Below are positions 20,592 to 32,700 of a stretch of DNA of 64,000 bases, piece after piece (the stretch's first letter is position 1; each line of letters starts with the position of its first letter). The notes beneath the pieces were generated by a model. That model did not search any database and was not told where the DNA came from. It saw only the letters and a program-made list of their open reading frames with translations. The translations under genes and the position numbers were made by a program. Origin of the DNA: an uncultured Nitrospiraceae bacterium (GTDB lineage: Bacteria > Nitrospirota > Thermodesulfovibrionia > Thermodesulfovibrionales > UBA6898); the NCBI GenBank assembly GCA_963811165.1, contig CAWEQH010000008.1, positions 256,001 to 320,000 of the forward strand, given 5' to 3'.

Positions 20592-23363
20592 ATGTCCAGA
20601 AAAGAACTTATCATCGAAGGCGCCAGGCAGAACAACCTCAAAAACATTACCCTCCGTCTTCCCCACAATAAGGTCATTGCGGTCACGGGGGTCTCCGGCT
20701 CCGGCAAGTCATCTCTTGCATTCGACACCATCTTTGCAGAGGGCCAATGGCGGTTTATCGAGTCTCTTTCGACCTATGCGCGGCTTTTTCTCGAAAAACT
20801 CGACAGGCCCGACGTAGACGCAATCCATAATATCAGACCGGCTATAGCCCTCGAACAAAAAAACCCTGTTCGTGGTTCTCGTTCCACTGTCGGCACGCTT
20901 ACGGAGCTTTACGAGCTTTACAGACTCCTCTACGCAAAGGTCGCAACACCTTATTGTCCAAACTGCGGGAAGGAGATAATGAGGTGGGACCCGTCCCAGA
21001 TAGTGTCGGAGCTTATGGAAAAATACGAGGGGAAAAAGGCGGTCATCGTCTTCAGTACTAATGATCCTGCCGGAGAGCTGAAAAGGCGGGGATTTCTCAG
21101 GGTCTGGCAAGAAGGGGAGATCAGGGACATTGCCGAGATAGAGGAAGGCGGCACGGAAACCAAAGGTAAGGGGAAAGAGTCTGTCCCAGGCACTCAGCCC
21201 CCGGTTCTCGATATTGTTCTGGACCGGCTGGTGATGCGCGCCGCGCCGAGGCTCGCGGATTCAGTCGAGATGGCCTGGAAAGAAGGAAAGGGCGCTTTGA
21301 AAGTGGTCATCATGGCCGACACGGGGGCTCCTGAGATCAGGAGGTTCTCGTCGGAAAACGCCTGTGAAGAGTGCGGGGTCGAGCTGCCACTGCCTACGGC
21401 CATACTCTTTTCATTCAACCACCCTGTGGGGGCGTGTCCGGTCTGCAAAGGCTTCGGCAACACCCTGCTTTACGACGAAGACCTTATTATTCCCGACAAG
21501 ACGCTTTCTTTAGCACGGGGGGCGGTAGACCCCTGGAACAAACCGGCTTACCGATGGTGGAAGAAACAACTCCTTGATAAGGGAAAAAAATCAGGGCTCG
21601 ATATGCAAAAGCCCTATGGCGATTTTTCACCTGAAGAAAAAAAGCTCCTTTTCAAAGGGACAGACGGTTTTTACGGTATCGACGACTTTTTTGAAGATAT
21701 GGAGGGCCGCAGGTATAAGCTCCACGTGAGGGTCTTCCTCAGCCGCTACAGGAGAGGGTTTACCTGTCCCGAATGTCATGGAAAGAGGCTCAAAAAAGAG
21801 GCCCTTGCCTACAAGGTCTCAGGACTGGATATAGCGGAACTCTGCCGGATGTCCATTTCAGAGACTGTCAGGTTCTTTGAAGATATCGATTTGTCCCCTT
21901 TTAAGAAAAACATATCCAAGGAACTCTTGCGGCAGATTGGGATGAAGCTCAAGTTCCTTGAAAAGGTCGGCCTTGATTATCTTACCCTCGACCGTTACGG
22001 CAAGACCCTTTCAGGCGGAGAATATCAGAGGATCAATCTTTCAAACCAACTCGCCTCACTGCTGACGGGAACTCTGTACGTCCTGGACGAGCCCACGGTG
22101 GGACTTCATGCAAGGGACACGGAGAGGATCGCAAAAATAATGACCCGGCTTTCGGAGCTTGGCAATACCGTCGTTGTCGTCGAGCACGACAGGGGGATCA
22201 TCGGCTCTGCCGAATGGATCGTTGAACTCGGCCCAGGGGGCGGCCGAAGGGGAGGCGAGGTCGTTTTTTCAGGTTCGGTCAAGAATTTTCTTAAGGCCGA
22301 TACGCTCACCTCACGATACATGAGGGGGATCGAAAAAGTGGGTATCCCTGCCAGGGCGAGAAGGGGTCCCGGGGCGACCCTGTCATTGTCCGGAGCCCGG
22401 GGCAATAACCTTAAAGGGGTTGATTTCAGGATGCCGCTCAATAGCTTGACCGCCGTCACGGGGGTATCGGGTTCAGGCAAGAGCAGTCTCGTTGTCGAGA
22501 CGCTTTACAGGGCGCTCTCAAAGAAGTTCAAGGCCGGGAATGAGCCGCCGCTTCCCTACGAAAAGATGGAAGGCGACATTTATCTTAAGGGCGTTAAATT
22601 GATCGACCAATCTCCTATCGGGAGAAGCCCGCGCTCAAACCCTGTAACCTACCTCAAGATCTTCGACCATATAAGAAAACTCTTTTCCGAGCAGCGGGAA
22701 GCCAGGGCCTACGGCTATGGTCCGGGTTTTTTCTCGTTCAACGTCAGCGGCGGCAGATGCGAGACCTGCAAAGGGGAAGGTTACGAGCTTATGGAGATGT
22801 ATTTTTTCGAGGACCTCTATATTCGGTGCGAAAAGTGCGATGGGAAGAGATACGGGCCCGAGGTCCTGAGGATAAAGTATAAAGACAAAAATATAAGCGA
22901 TGTCCTGAATCTTACTGTCGATGAGGCATATATCTTCTTTGCCGACCAGCCGAAGATCAGGTCGCAGCTTCAATTGCTGGTCGATACAGGTCTTGGCTAT
23001 CTGAGGCTGGGACAGCCCGCGACAACGCTCTCCGGCGGCGAGGCCCAAAGGCTCAAGATTTGCGCCGAGATGGGCTCGACAAAGCCGCGGGGCCTGCTTT
23101 ATATCCTCGATGAGCCGACGGTAGGACTTCATTTCGCGGACGTGCAGGCGCTCCTTGACGTCCTTAGCAGACTTGTCGAATCAGGCAATACGATACTTGT
23201 CATCGAGCACAACCTCGATGTGATAAGGGCGGCGGACTGGATCATAGACCTCGGTCCGGAAGGAGGAGACAAGGGTGGGCAGATCATCTTCGAAGGCACG
23301 CCCTTACATATTATGAAATCCAAGAAATCTTATACCGGTGAATATCTCAGGCGGTATAAGTGA
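20592..23363 (+). CDS. uvrA: Excinuclease ABC subunit A (possibly a second paralog)
   Basis: Two GVSGSGKSS ABC motifs, LSGGE signatures, Zn fingers, DLGPEGG. Confidence 0.95.
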   Translation: MSRKELIIEGARQNNLKNITLRLPHNKVIAVTGVSGSGKSSLAFDTIFAEGQWRFIESLSTYARLFLEKLDRPDVDAIHNIRPAIALEQKNPVRGSRSTVGTLTELYELYRLLYAKVATPYCPNCGKEIMRWDPSQIVSELMEKYEGKKAVIVFSTNDPAGELKRRGFLRVWQEGEIRDIAEIEEGGTETKGKGKESVPGTQPPVLDIVLDRLVMRAAPRLADSVEMAWKEGKGALKVVIMADTGAPEIRRFSSENACEECGVELPLPTAILFSFNHPVGACPVCKGFGNTLLYDEDLIIPDKTLSLARGAVDPWNKPAYRWWKKQLLDKGKKSGLDMQKPYGDFSPEEKKLLFKGTDGFYGIDDFFEDMEGRRYKLHVRVFLSRYRRGFTCPECHGKRLKKEALAYKVSGLDIAELCRMSISETVRFFEDIDLSPFKKNISKELLRQIGMKLKFLEKVGLDYLTLDRYGKTLSGGEYQRINLSNQLASLLTGTLYVLDEPTVGLHARDTERIAKIMTRLSELGNTVVVVEHDRGIIGSAEWIVELGPGGGRRGGEVVFSGSVKNFLKADTLTSRYMRGIEKVGIPARARRGPGATLSLSGARGNNLKGVDFRMPLNSLTAVTGVSGSGKSSLVVETLYRALSKKFKAGNEPPLPYEKMEGDIYLKGVKLIDQSPIGRSPRSNPVTYLKIFDHIRKLFSEQREARAYGYGPGFFSFNVSGGRCETCKGEGYELMEMYFFEDLYIRCEKCDGKRYGPEVLRIKYKDKNISDVLNLTVDEAYIFFADQPKIRSQLQLLVDTGLGYLRLGQPATTLSGGEAQRLKICAEMGSTKPRGLLYILDEPTVGLHFADVQALLDVLSRLVESGNTILVIEHNLDVIRAADWIIDLGPEGGDKGGQIIFEGTPLHIMKSKKSYTGEYLRRYK

Positions 23364-23631
23364 GCTTTGCCCAAATACGACGTAACGAATACTTAGGGTC
23401 CATTTCGCGGCCCAGAATTCACCATCAACTTTGCGCGGGGATGCTATGCGAACGGTTTCAGCGGGCCGTATTGTCACACCGCAAGGTGAGGCGGCCCGGT
23501 GCCTCGGAGCTTGTCCGCCTGAGGCGGGCGAGCGAAAATGAGAGAGAATGTTTTCCCTGCGCAGATATCAGTTTTCCGTGTCACTTTGGTGAATTGAAAA
23601 ATCGGGATAATTGAAGTATCCTTAACAAAAT

Positions 23632-25269
23632 ATGAAGAAGATTTGTTTCTTTCTTTTCTGCCTGATCATCGTGGCCTCGGCCTGTAAAGGGAAGACTGAG
23701 AACGCGGCCCGTGAATCGCCGGTCAGGACGGACGGAGCGCCGGCCTACGGAGATGCACTGGTCAATGGGTCTATCGGAGAGCCGACCATCCTTGTCCCGA
23801 TGCTTGCCGGAGACAGCGCCTCACACGAGGTCGCGGGGATGATGTTTAACGGTCTTGTCAAATATGATACGGACCTCAGTGTGATCGGTGATCTGGCTGA
23901 ATCATGGGACATTTCGGCCGACGGACTTATGATCACGTTTCATTTAAGGAAGGGCGTCAAGTGGACCGATGGGGTAGAATTCACGGCAGATGACGTGATG
24001 TTTGGCTATAAGACGATCATCGACAAAAAAACCCCCACCGCATACAGCGAAGATTTCCTTCAGGTAAAGAAGGCAGAGGTCATCGACCCGTATACGTTTA
24101 GGGTCACCTACGATAAACCTTATGCCCCCGCCCTTACTTCATGGGGAGGGCTCGTGATACTTCCCAAACATCTGCTTGAAGGCAAAGACATCACAAAGAC
24201 CGATTTCGGGAGAAACCCGACAGGCCTGGGGCAGTATAAACTCACGAAATGGGTCCCCGGGCAAGAACTGGTGCTCGATTCAAACCACGACTACTTCGAG
24301 GGCAGACCGTATATAGATCGGTTTATCTACCGGATAATTCCGGACCGCGCCACGATGTTTCTTGAACTCCAGACAGGCGGCGTGGACATGATGGACCTTA
24401 CGCCCATACAATATACAAAGCAGACCGATAGCGATTTCTTCAGAAACAATTTCCAGAAGTTCCGCTATCCCGCAGTTTGCATATACCTATATGGGGTTCA
24501 ACCTGAGGCACCCTTTTTTTAAGGACAGGCGCGTGAGACAGGCGATAGCCTGTGCCATAGATAAAAGCGAGATCGTCGATGTCATACTCTTTGGGCTTGG
24601 GAGTCCTGCCACAGGGCCTTATGTGCCTAATACGTGGCCCTATAATCCAAACGTCAAAGAATATAAGTACGATCCTGAGAAGGCAAAACAGCTTTTAAAT
24701 GAGGCGGGGTGGAAGCCAAACAGCAACGGGAATAATGGAGAAAGACGGGAGGCCCTTCGAATTCACTATTCGAACCAATATGGGCAATACGCTTCGCATG
24801 AATACGGCGACCATTATCCAGTGGAGGCTCGCCAAAGTCGGCATCAAGGTCAAGATTGAGGCCATTGAGTGGTCTACCTTCGTAAACGAGTTCATAGACA
24901 AGAGGCGGTTTGAGGCGGTGATTCTCGGATGGTCCATCACGCCTGGACCCCGACCAGTATGACATCTGGTATTCCGGGAAGACGAAGGAGAAGGAGTTTA
25001 ATTTTGTCGGTTACAATAATCCCGAGGTGGACGCGCTCCTTGAAAAAGGGCGGCGGACATACGACATCGCAGAAAGAAAAAAGGCATATTACCGCATCCA
25101 GGAAATACTTGCCGATGAACTTCCCTATATCTTCCTCTATGTCCCTGACGCAACGCCCATAGTCCACGCAAGGTTCAAGGGGATCAAGCCTACCCCGATA
25201 GGCATCACGTATAACTTCCCGAAATGGTATGTGCCGAAAGAGTTGCAGCGGCACCACATGGAGCCCTGA
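23632..25269 (+). CDS. Peptide ABC transporter substrate-binding lipoprotein (SBP family 5), three frameshifts (~24475, ~24735, ~24945)
   Basis: Lipobox [27 protein letters not shown]; continuation fragments [33 protein letters not shown]...ELPYIFLY. Confidence 0.88.
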
Positions 25270-25270
25270 A

Positions 25271-26269
25271 ATGATTGCCTATCTGATAAAGAGGACCTTT
25301 GAGATGATCCCGACACTTTTTGGTATCACCCTGATCTCTTTTTTCATCATCCATCTTGCGCCCGGCAAGCCTACCGACATATTCACTGAACTAAACCCGA
25401 AGATCACGCCTGAGGCGAGGGAGAAGCTCGAAAAATATTACGGTCTCGACAAGCCGGTTATCGTCCAGTACGGCCTCTGGCTGAAAAGGATCGTCAGGCT
25501 CGATTTCGGTGAGTCATTTTCTTCGGACCACAGGCCCGTGATCGAAAAGATCTGGAACGGTAAAAAACCTCTCCTTGAGCGCAGGCTCTTCGTCACGTTC
25601 ATGATAAATGTGCTTTCGATGGCGGTCATCCTCCTTATTGCCATACCGCTTGGCATCTTCTCGGCGACCCACCAAAATACCCTGTACGACAAGATCGCGA
25701 CCACAACCGTTTTTGTGGGGTTTGCGATGCCGACGTTCTGGCTCGCCCTGCTTCTTATGATCCTCTTCGGCGTCGACCTCCGCTGGCTTCCGATATCCCA
25801 GCTTAAGTCGATGAATTATGATTCGCTTTCCTTTGCCGGGAAGGCCTGGGATCTGACGAAACATCTCATCCTGCCGATCTTCGTCTCGGCATTTACCGGT
25901 CTTGCCGCTGATTCGAGGTTTATGAGGAGCAGCATGCTTGAGGTGATAAGGCAGGATTTTGTAACGGTCGCCAGGGCCAAGGGCCTACCTGAGAGGCTCG
26001 TCATATACAGGCATGCCTTCAGAAACGCCCTCCTTCCCATTATTACGCTTATGGGACTGAGTGTCGGGGGCCTGATCGGCGGAAGCGTCATCTTCGAAAA
26101 TATCTTCGGTATTCCCGGCATGGGCCAGCTCTTCTATATGAGTGTGATGACAAGGGACTACCCGACTGTCATGGGGATATTGACGATCGGCGCGTTCCTG
26201 ACGCTCCTTGGGAACCTCCTGGCAGACATAGGATATATGCTGGCCGACCCTCGGATAAGGGCGAGATAA
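25271..26269 (+). CDS. Peptide ABC transporter permease (OppB/DppB)
   Basis: [39 protein letters not shown]. Confidence 0.93.
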   Translation: MIAYLIKRTFEMIPTLFGITLISFFIIHLAPGKPTDIFTELNPKITPEAREKLEKYYGLDKPVIVQYGLWLKRIVRLDFGESFSSDHRPVIEKIWNGKKPLLERRLFVTFMINVLSMAVILLIAIPLGIFSATHQNTLYDKIATTTVFVGFAMPTFWLALLLMILFGVDLRWLPISQLKSMNYDSLSFAGKAWDLTKHLILPIFVSAFTGLAADSRFMRSSMLEVIRQDFVTVARAKGLPERLVIYRHAFRNALLPIITLMGLSVGGLIGGSVIFENIFGIPGMGQLFYMSVMTRDYPTVMGILTIGAFLTLLGNLLADIGYMLADPRIRAR

Positions 26270-27130
26270 ATGGGAAAGAAGACCTTGCGGAACCTCTTTT
26301 GGAAACGGTTTAAGAGAAACGGTCTTGCATTAAGCGGCGGTGTTATCGTGCTCTCATTATTTTTTATGGCGGTCTTTGCGCCCGTGTTGTCGCCCTATGA
26401 CCCTGACGTGATCGACAGGCATCACGTCCTGGCACCTCCTGACATCCATCACCCCCTCGGTACCGATGACCTCGGAAGGGATGTCCTAAGCAGGATGATC
26501 TTTGGGGCGCGGATCTCGCTTGCAGTCGGATTTGTTGCAGTAGGCATCGCCACCATTATCGGTATGATCTTGGGAGCCGTCGCAGGATATTACTCCGGCT
26601 GGACAGACAGGATCATAATGAGGTTCATCGATATCATGCTCTCGATCCCGACGTTTTTTCTCATCCTCGCGGTCATCGCCTTCATAGGCTCAAGCATATG
26701 GAACATTATGATCGTTATCGGCTTGACCTCCTGGATGGGCGTCTCCAGGCTCGTCAGGGCCGAGTTTCTTTCGCTTAAAGAGCGAGAGTTTGTACTGGCC
26801 GCGAGGGCCATCGGCGCAAGCGACCTCAGGATCATCTTCAAACATGTGATGATTAACAGCATGGCCCCGGTCCTTGTATCAGCGGTCTTGGGGGTTGCGG
26901 GCGCGGTGCTTGTGGAATCGGCCCTCAGTTTCCTTGGCATAGGGGTGCAGCCGCCGACGCCCAGTTGGGGGAACATCCTCAGTCTCGGGAAGGACTATAT
27001 CGAGCTGGCCTGGTGGCTCTCCGTATTCCCCGGCCTTGCGATATTGATTACTGTTCTTGGCTATAACCTCCTGGGTGAAGGCATACGGGACTCGATAGAC
27101 CCGAGGCTTTGGGAATCAGAGAGAAGATAG
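26270..27130 (+). CDS. Peptide ABC transporter permease (OppC/DppC)
   Basis: HPLGTDDLGRDVLSR, EFVLAARAIGAS, LSFLGIG..PPTPSWG. Confidence 0.93.
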   Translation: MGKKTLRNLFWKRFKRNGLALSGGVIVLSLFFMAVFAPVLSPYDPDVIDRHHVLAPPDIHHPLGTDDLGRDVLSRMIFGARISLAVGFVAVGIATIIGMILGAVAGYYSGWTDRIIMRFIDIMLSIPTFFLILAVIAFIGSSIWNIMIVIGLTSWMGVSRLVRAEFLSLKEREFVLAARAIGASDLRIIFKHVMINSMAPVLVSAVLGVAGAVLVESALSFLGIGVQPPTPSWGNILSLGKDYIELAWWLSVFPGLAILITVLGYNLLGEGIRDSIDPRLWESERR

Positions 27131-27154
27131 AGGATGAATCGTGTATCATGGTAG

Positions 27155-29994
27155 TTGATGAAAGAAGAGATCCTTAGCGATGCGGCATACGCCACGCCTG
27201 ACCCTGATCGGGCGCTGAATAACCTATCCTCTTTTATTGCGCAGAACCCCTCAAGACAAGGCGACCTTGAAGCCAATATAAGAGCAGTCTCCCTGCTATT
27301 TAGCTTCAGCCAGTTTCTGGCGAATTACTGTATCTCAAATGCAGACGTTCTGTTCGATGTCCTTAAGGACCTGGATCCGCCGCAGGACAAAGAAGCCCTT
27401 TTTTCGTGTTTAAAAGAGTTATTGGGAGAAAGGTCCCTTGAGTCCCCGCACACCTTCGGATCGCTGCGGCAGCGGTCCCTTGATATGCATATGGCTGCGG
27501 TCCGGGCATTTAAGATGAAGGAGACCCTTAGGATAACGCTCAGGGACATCTTAAAGAAGGTAGATGTTGTAGAGGTCATGTATGAGTTGAGTGCCCTTGC
27601 TGATGCGGTCATAGAGAATTCCCTTTCAGTCGTGAGACAATCGATGCGGGAAACGTACGGCGCCCCTGCCGGCGATGCCTTTTCAGTCATCGCGCTGGGG
27701 AAGCTCGGCGGAGAGGAGTTGAACTTCAGCTCCGACGTGGACCTCATCTTCGTATATGGCTTGGAAGAAGGGGAGACAAGCGGGGTGCTGACCGGCCAGG
27801 GAGTGAAGGTAAACAGGCTCAGCAGCCACGAGTATTATTGTAAGACCGGTGAGGCGCTCACGCGCTTCCTGTCACTTAACACGGCCGAGGGGTTTGCCTA
27901 CAGGGTCGATCTGAGGCTCAGACCTCAGGGGCAAAGAGGTGATATTGCCCTTGCCCTGCACGGGTACGAGGTGTATTACGAGTCGTGGGGCAGGGCATGG
28001 GAGCGTGCGATGCTGATAAGGGCGAGGCCGGCCGCCGGCGATGAAGAGCTTGGGAAGGGCTTTATCGAGATGATAAGGCCGTTTGTCTACCGAAAATATC
28101 TCGACTATGGGGCGATAGAGGAGATAAGGAGCCTCAAGACGAGGATCGATTCGACCTTCAAAAAAGGGGACATAAAGAGAGGGTATGGCGGAATACGGGA
28201 GGTAGAATTTTTCGCTCAGGCCCTGCAGCTGATGTACGGCGGGAGGGAGCCTCTTTTAAGGGGCAGAAGTACCCTGAAGGTCTTAAACATGCTCTTTCAG
28301 AAGTCCCTCGTAGGACAGGAGGACTACTTTATCCTCTCTGACGATTATCGGTTTCTAAGGACGCTCGAACATAGGCTTCAGCAGCTGAACAACCTGCAGA
28401 CCCATACAATGCCCTCGGGCGGGGCCGAGCTTGAGGCCCTCGGCAAGAAGATGGGGTTCGTGGACGCAAAGAGCTTTACCTCAGACCTTGAGGGCCGCAG
28501 GGCAAAGGTAAGGGAAATATACGATTCCCTCTTTTCGGGGCAGAAAGAGGAGCCTGCGCCCAGCGGGCCCTTCTTCGACGAAGATCTCTCAGATGCCGAG
28601 CTCAGGGAGTACCTTTCGGCCACCGGGCTCAGGGATGTCGATAAGGCGATCCGCAACGTCAAATCCATAAAGGACAGCATCTTTACGTTTCAGACGCTAA
28701 GGGGAAGGAGGTTGTTGGGCAGGATACTTCCGCTTTTTATCGATTCCGCATTAAAGTCCGGTGAGCCCGATATGGCGCTTAACTATCTTCAGTCCTTTGC
28801 CAGTCTCCTGAGCGCCAACGAATCCTACATCGAGATATTCAGCAGGGAAGGGCGGCTGATCGATATGCTCACCTATGTCTTTTCGCAGTCCGAGTATCTA
28901 TCGAAGATGCTCCTGGGCAGACCGCAGTATCTTGAGATGATCGGGTGGAAAGAGAGAACGGCAAAGAGCCTCAGGCAATTAAAGGAAGAAATAAGAAACA
29001 GCGTTTTAGAGGGCAGGTCGCTAAACGACGCGGTGCGATTGGTGAAACAGACTGAGGAAATCAGACTGGGAATGCTTTTTTTGCAGAAAAAAGCCGGGGC
29101 CACAGAGGTGGTCAAGGGCCTCTCAAAGACGGCCGAGGCGGCATTGTCCGCCTGTACGGAGAGCCTGAGCGAAGAGGCCGAAGACCTGGCGGTCATCGGC
29201 CTGGGCAAACTAGGCGGACGGGAGATTACGTTCGGCTCTGACTTAGACGTGATATTTGTCTGCCCGGATGATCCCGGGCAGGGGGCGACCAGGGTTGCGG
29301 AGAAACTGCTAAGGATGCTCATCTCCTACACTAAAGAAGGTGTCGCATACCGCATCGATACGAGGCTCCGGCCGGAAGGGGAAAAGGGTGTTTTAGTCTC
29401 GTCCTTGGAGAGCTTCGAAAAATATTATGCGAAGGCAGCGGCCTTCTGGGAATTTCAGGCGCTTCTTAAGGCGAGGCCCGTGGCCGGGAACATTAAGACA
29501 GGTCTATCTTTCCTCGAAATGGCAAGGGGGACCCTCGTGTCCAGGGGATGGGGGATATCGGCCCTGAACATCAGGCAGATGAGAGAGAGGATAGCGAGGG
29601 AGCTTTCAAAGGAGGCCCATGGGTATGATGTCAAGCTCGGTCCGGGCGGCATCGAGGACATCGAATTCACTGCGCAATATCTGCAGCTTGCCCATTGCAG
29701 GGTCCGGCAGGAGCTTTTAGTGCAAGGCACGGTGAAGGCGCTCGGGCGGCTCCGGGCGGCGGGACTTATTCAAGAGGAAGAGGCGGAGTCGATGAAGGAT
29801 GCATATCTTTTTTACCGCACCCTTGAGAGTTTTCTCAGACTCAGGGGGGAGCATATCCTAAAGAGAGAAAACGAGAGGCTGAGATACGCCGCAGAGTTCC
29901 TGGGGTTTGCGCAGATAGGGACCTTTGTGGATGTCTTTGAGGAAAAAGAGAGCGGGTCAGTAAATTCAGGGACAGGTATCTTACCGGCCTTTAG
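27155..29994 (+). CDS. glnE: Glutamine synthetase adenylyltransferase/adenylyl-removing enzyme; probable frameshift in the A-run at ~29945, true stop probably TAG 29992-29994
   Basis: Two nucleotidyltransferase domains (GKLGGEELNFSSDVD; GKLGGREITFGSDLD), RVDLRLRP, GGIREVEF. The alternative frame gives KRERVSKFRDRYLTGL*. Confidence 0.9.
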
Positions 29995-30550
29995 CCTTAT
30001 AAAGTGTCATTACCTCTTCCCGCGTGACCACCGCTTCGACAGTATGCCCGAGCGCCTCGATATTTTCCCGTCCCCCTTCCTGTCTGTCAACGAGGGCGAT
30101 CACCCGGACGATATCTAGACCGGCCTCCCTGGCCTTATCGATGGCCTCGATGGTCGACTTACCCGTGGTGATGACGTCGTCGACGATCACGACCTTGTCG
30201 CCGCCTATTATGTTGCCCTCTATCCATTGCATCGTGCCGTGGGGCTTTGCGGACTTCCTGACGACAAACGCCTCGAAGGGCCTGCCCTTGAGGTAGGAAG
30301 TATAAGCCACCGCGTCGGCAATCGGGTCCGCCCCGAGGGTGAGGCCGCCGATCCCTTTTGCATCCGAATCTTGTATCATCCCAAAGATGATGTTCCCGAT
30401 GAGGTGCATCCCTTCGGGATGGAGGGTGACTGCCTTACAGTTGAAATAATAATTGCTCATCCTGCCTGATACGAGCTTGAAGACAGGTTCTTCGCTGTAT
30501 TTAAACGCCTTCTCAAGCAGAAGTTCGACGAGCCGCTCTTTCATCTTCAT
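29981..30550 (-). CDS. pyrE: Orotate phosphoribosyltransferase
   Basis: FKLVSGRMSNYY, GGLTLGADP, VRK..KPHG, VDDVITTGKS. Confidence 0.95.
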   Translation of the reverse strand: MKMKERLVELLLEKAFKYSEEPVFKLVSGRMSNYYFNCKAVTLHPEGMHLIGNIIFGMIQDSDAKGIGGLTLGADPIADAVAYTSYLKGRPFEAFVVRKSAKPHGTMQWIEGNIIGGDKVVIVDDVITTGKSTIEAIDKAREAGLDIVRVIALVDRQEGGRENIEALGHTVEAVVTREEVMTLYKAKGR

Positions 30551-30637
30551 AATTTCCTTTCAGAAGGGATTCGGGTAATTATTATAAACGATACAGGGTA
30601 CGAGGAAAAGGGAGAAATTGCTTTGACATGGATAAGG

Positions 30638-30667
30638 GATGCGGCGGGCGGTTCTGCCCACCGCATC
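30638..30667. repeat. GC-rich hairpin (terminator or REP-like) downstream of the ferredoxin
   Basis: GATGCGGCGGGC-N6-GCCCACCGCATC. Confidence 0.5.
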
Positions 30668-30676
30668 GCAGGGCAT

Positions 30677-30865
30677 CTACATCTCTCTGACTTCTATGCA
30701 CTTATCGGGGCATACCTCGACACAACTCATGCAGCCGACGCATTCCCCTGCCTGATAAGGGTCGGTCTTGCCGTTGGCCCCCATCTGGTATACCCCGACC
30801 GGGCAGATGTCCACACACTCACCGCAGCCCGTGCAGCAGTCAAAATTCACGTTGACCAGATACAT
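30677..30865 (-). CDS. 2x[4Fe-4S] ferredoxin
   Basis: CTGCGECVDICP and CVGCMSCVEVCP; GGAGG SD. Confidence 0.93.
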   Translation of the reverse strand: MYLVNVNFDCCTGCGECVDICPVGVYQMGANGKTDPYQAGECVGCMSCVEVCPDKCIEVREM

Positions 30866-30899
30866 TTGTTGCCTCCGTTTATTATGTAGAAGTTTTTCT

Positions 30900-31214
30900 T
30901 CAATCTACCGGCGTCACTACCGCCATCACTACAAACCTGCTTCCTTTGTCGGCCTTGAAGCCGTGAGGCACAAGCGGGTCGCAAAGCACGCAGGTTTTCT
31001 CGCCGGCTTCCATCTCTTCATCCCCGACCTTCACCGTCCCTTTCCCCTCGACCACATACATGAGCAGGCGAAGAGGGGCCTTGTGAGGCGTAAGTTCCTG
31101 GCCGGGTTCCAGGCACATAAGGGCGATCCTCATCTCCGGTTTGTCGGAAAGCATCTCCCTTCCTATTTTGTCGGGGTAGAACTTTATCAATTTCTTCAGA
31201 TCAAGAATTTCCAT
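30900..31214 (-). CDS. Cupin domain protein
   Basis: LEPGQELTPH, VVEGKG, PHG; GGAGG SD. Confidence 0.85.
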   Translation of the reverse strand: MEILDLKKLIKFYPDKIGREMLSDKPEMRIALMCLEPGQELTPHKAPLRLLMYVVEGKGTVKVGDEEMEAGEKTCVLCDPLVPHGFKADKGSRFVVMAVVTPVD

Positions 31215-31429
31215 AGTTGCCTCCTTTAGTATATCTAATTATCGTACAGCGAAAGGGGAATTGCTATGATAAGGGTCATACGAAAAAAGAGTATCGGCCC
31301 GAGGGGAAAAAGTGTCTAAAATTACGTGGCATCCGGAGGAATCTTCCTGTTTCCCTTTCGGAATGTAAGCAGCCCGAACCTCCGGCTGTTTCACTTCCGC
31401 TCTTCCTCCCTCCCGTGCTATCTTATGGT

Positions 31430-32170
31430 ATGTTTTATTTAAAGACCTTTCTCTTTCTTACCCTCACCATCACTCTGGCGCCTTTTTATTTTGTTGTCCT
31501 CCTTCTTTTTTACCCCTGGCGGCGTAGCATCGGTCCGAAACTCGTCCGGATCTATTCCGGAATCTGCCTTCTCATTTATCGGATCAAAATAGAAAAGGTC
31601 AAGAATTATCGTACATTTAAGAAAAGCAAAAAAAGGGTTCTCATCATTTCAAACCACTCAAGTTTTCTGGACATCTTCGTGCTTTCGAGGTTGTTTGAAA
31701 CGGTATTTGTGAGCAAGGCAGAGGTCAAGTACTACCCGGTCATCGGGCAGATCGCCTGGTTAATGGGCGTGGTCTTTTTTGACCGTGGTTCATCAAAAGA
31801 AAGACTGAGGGTGCTTAAGACGGTGGCAAGCGAGCATACAGGCAGGGTTATCTCGGTCTTCCCGCAGGGCACGACCGGCCGCATCAGCGAGCGGTTGCCT
31901 TTCCACAGGGGCATCTTCAAGGTAATGGAGATGGACCCCGACATCACGTTGCTCCCTGTGACGCTTTATTACAAAGAAGATGCCGATATCGCATGGAGCA
32001 GGCAATCATTAAAGGAAAATGCGATGAAGGTAAGCGGAAAAAGGAGGGTCCATCTTAAGGTGATCATCCATGATCCCCCGACGATTGAGGATTGCAAAGG
32101 AAAGAGCACGGCCGAGATATGCAAAATGGTTGAAGGGACGGTGTTGGGGGCGCTACGCAAGGATTATTAA
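31430..32170 (+). CDS. Lysophospholipid (1-acyl-sn-glycerol-3-phosphate) acyltransferase, PlsC family
   Basis: SNHSSFLD, FVSK.E, FDR, FPQGT; N-terminal TM. Start at ATG 31430 inferred. Confidence 0.85.
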   Translation: MFYLKTFLFLTLTITLAPFYFVVLLLFYPWRRSIGPKLVRIYSGICLLIYRIKIEKVKNYRTFKKSKKRVLIISNHSSFLDIFVLSRLFETVFVSKAEVKYYPVIGQIAWLMGVVFFDRGSSKERLRVLKTVASEHTGRVISVFPQGTTGRISERLPFHRGIFKVMEMDPDITLLPVTLYYKEDADIAWSRQSLKENAMKVSGKRRVHLKVIIHDPPTIEDCKGKSTAEICKMVEGTVLGALRKDY

Positions 32171-32177
32171 GAAACAT

Positions 32178-32204
32178 GCCGGGCACGTTTCAACGTGCCC
32201 CTGC
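32178..32204. repeat. REP-like palindrome between convergent genes
   Basis: Minus strand GCAGGGGCACGTT-GA-AACGTGCCC; same GYAGGGGC head as the intragenic copies. Confidence 0.6.
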
Positions 32205-32221
32205 CTCCTTTTGCCCCTATG

Positions 32222-32563
32222 TCAGCAGGTCAGGTGAAAGACGCCGATGACCTTCCTGTCTTTTGGCTGTGAATTGAAAAGCGCAACCGCACTGGTGGTC
32301 TTTTCGGCATATGTCTCTATCCCTTTTGCTCCGAGGAAGTCTATTGTCTCCTTAGGGACCACCATCTCGCCCCAGTTCCCCGTGCCGATTACGACGGTAT
32401 CCGGGCTTGCCGCCAAAACGTCCTTGAGGTCCCCCTTCTCAAGATAGTGTCCTTCCCTCCTCCACCACGAGGCGTCGACCCTGCCGGGATAGACGATGAC
32501 GTCCGAGGTGTAGGTCTTCCCGTCGATGACTATTTTTCCAAAGCTATAATCGTCGATATGCAT
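32222..32563 (-). CDS. Mth938-like (DUF498/DUF598) protein
   Basis: YSFGKIVIDGKTY.SD, WWR.EGH, VIGTG, FHLTC. Confidence 0.88.
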   Translation of the reverse strand: MHIDDYSFGKIVIDGKTYTSDVIVYPGRVDASWWRREGHYLEKGDLKDVLAASPDTVVIGTGNWGEMVVPKETIDFLGAKGIETYAEKTTSAVALFNSQPKDRKVIGVFHLTC

Positions 32564-32700
32564 GGTGTCGGCCTATGATAAAATATAGCACAAATATTTA
32601 TCAGCGCGAACTTTACCTGTGTGCATATCTCTCTTTCTCCTCTTTTCCCGTCACCGCCGTCCATGGTATCCTATGACGTCGCTGTGAAATTGGGAGAGAC

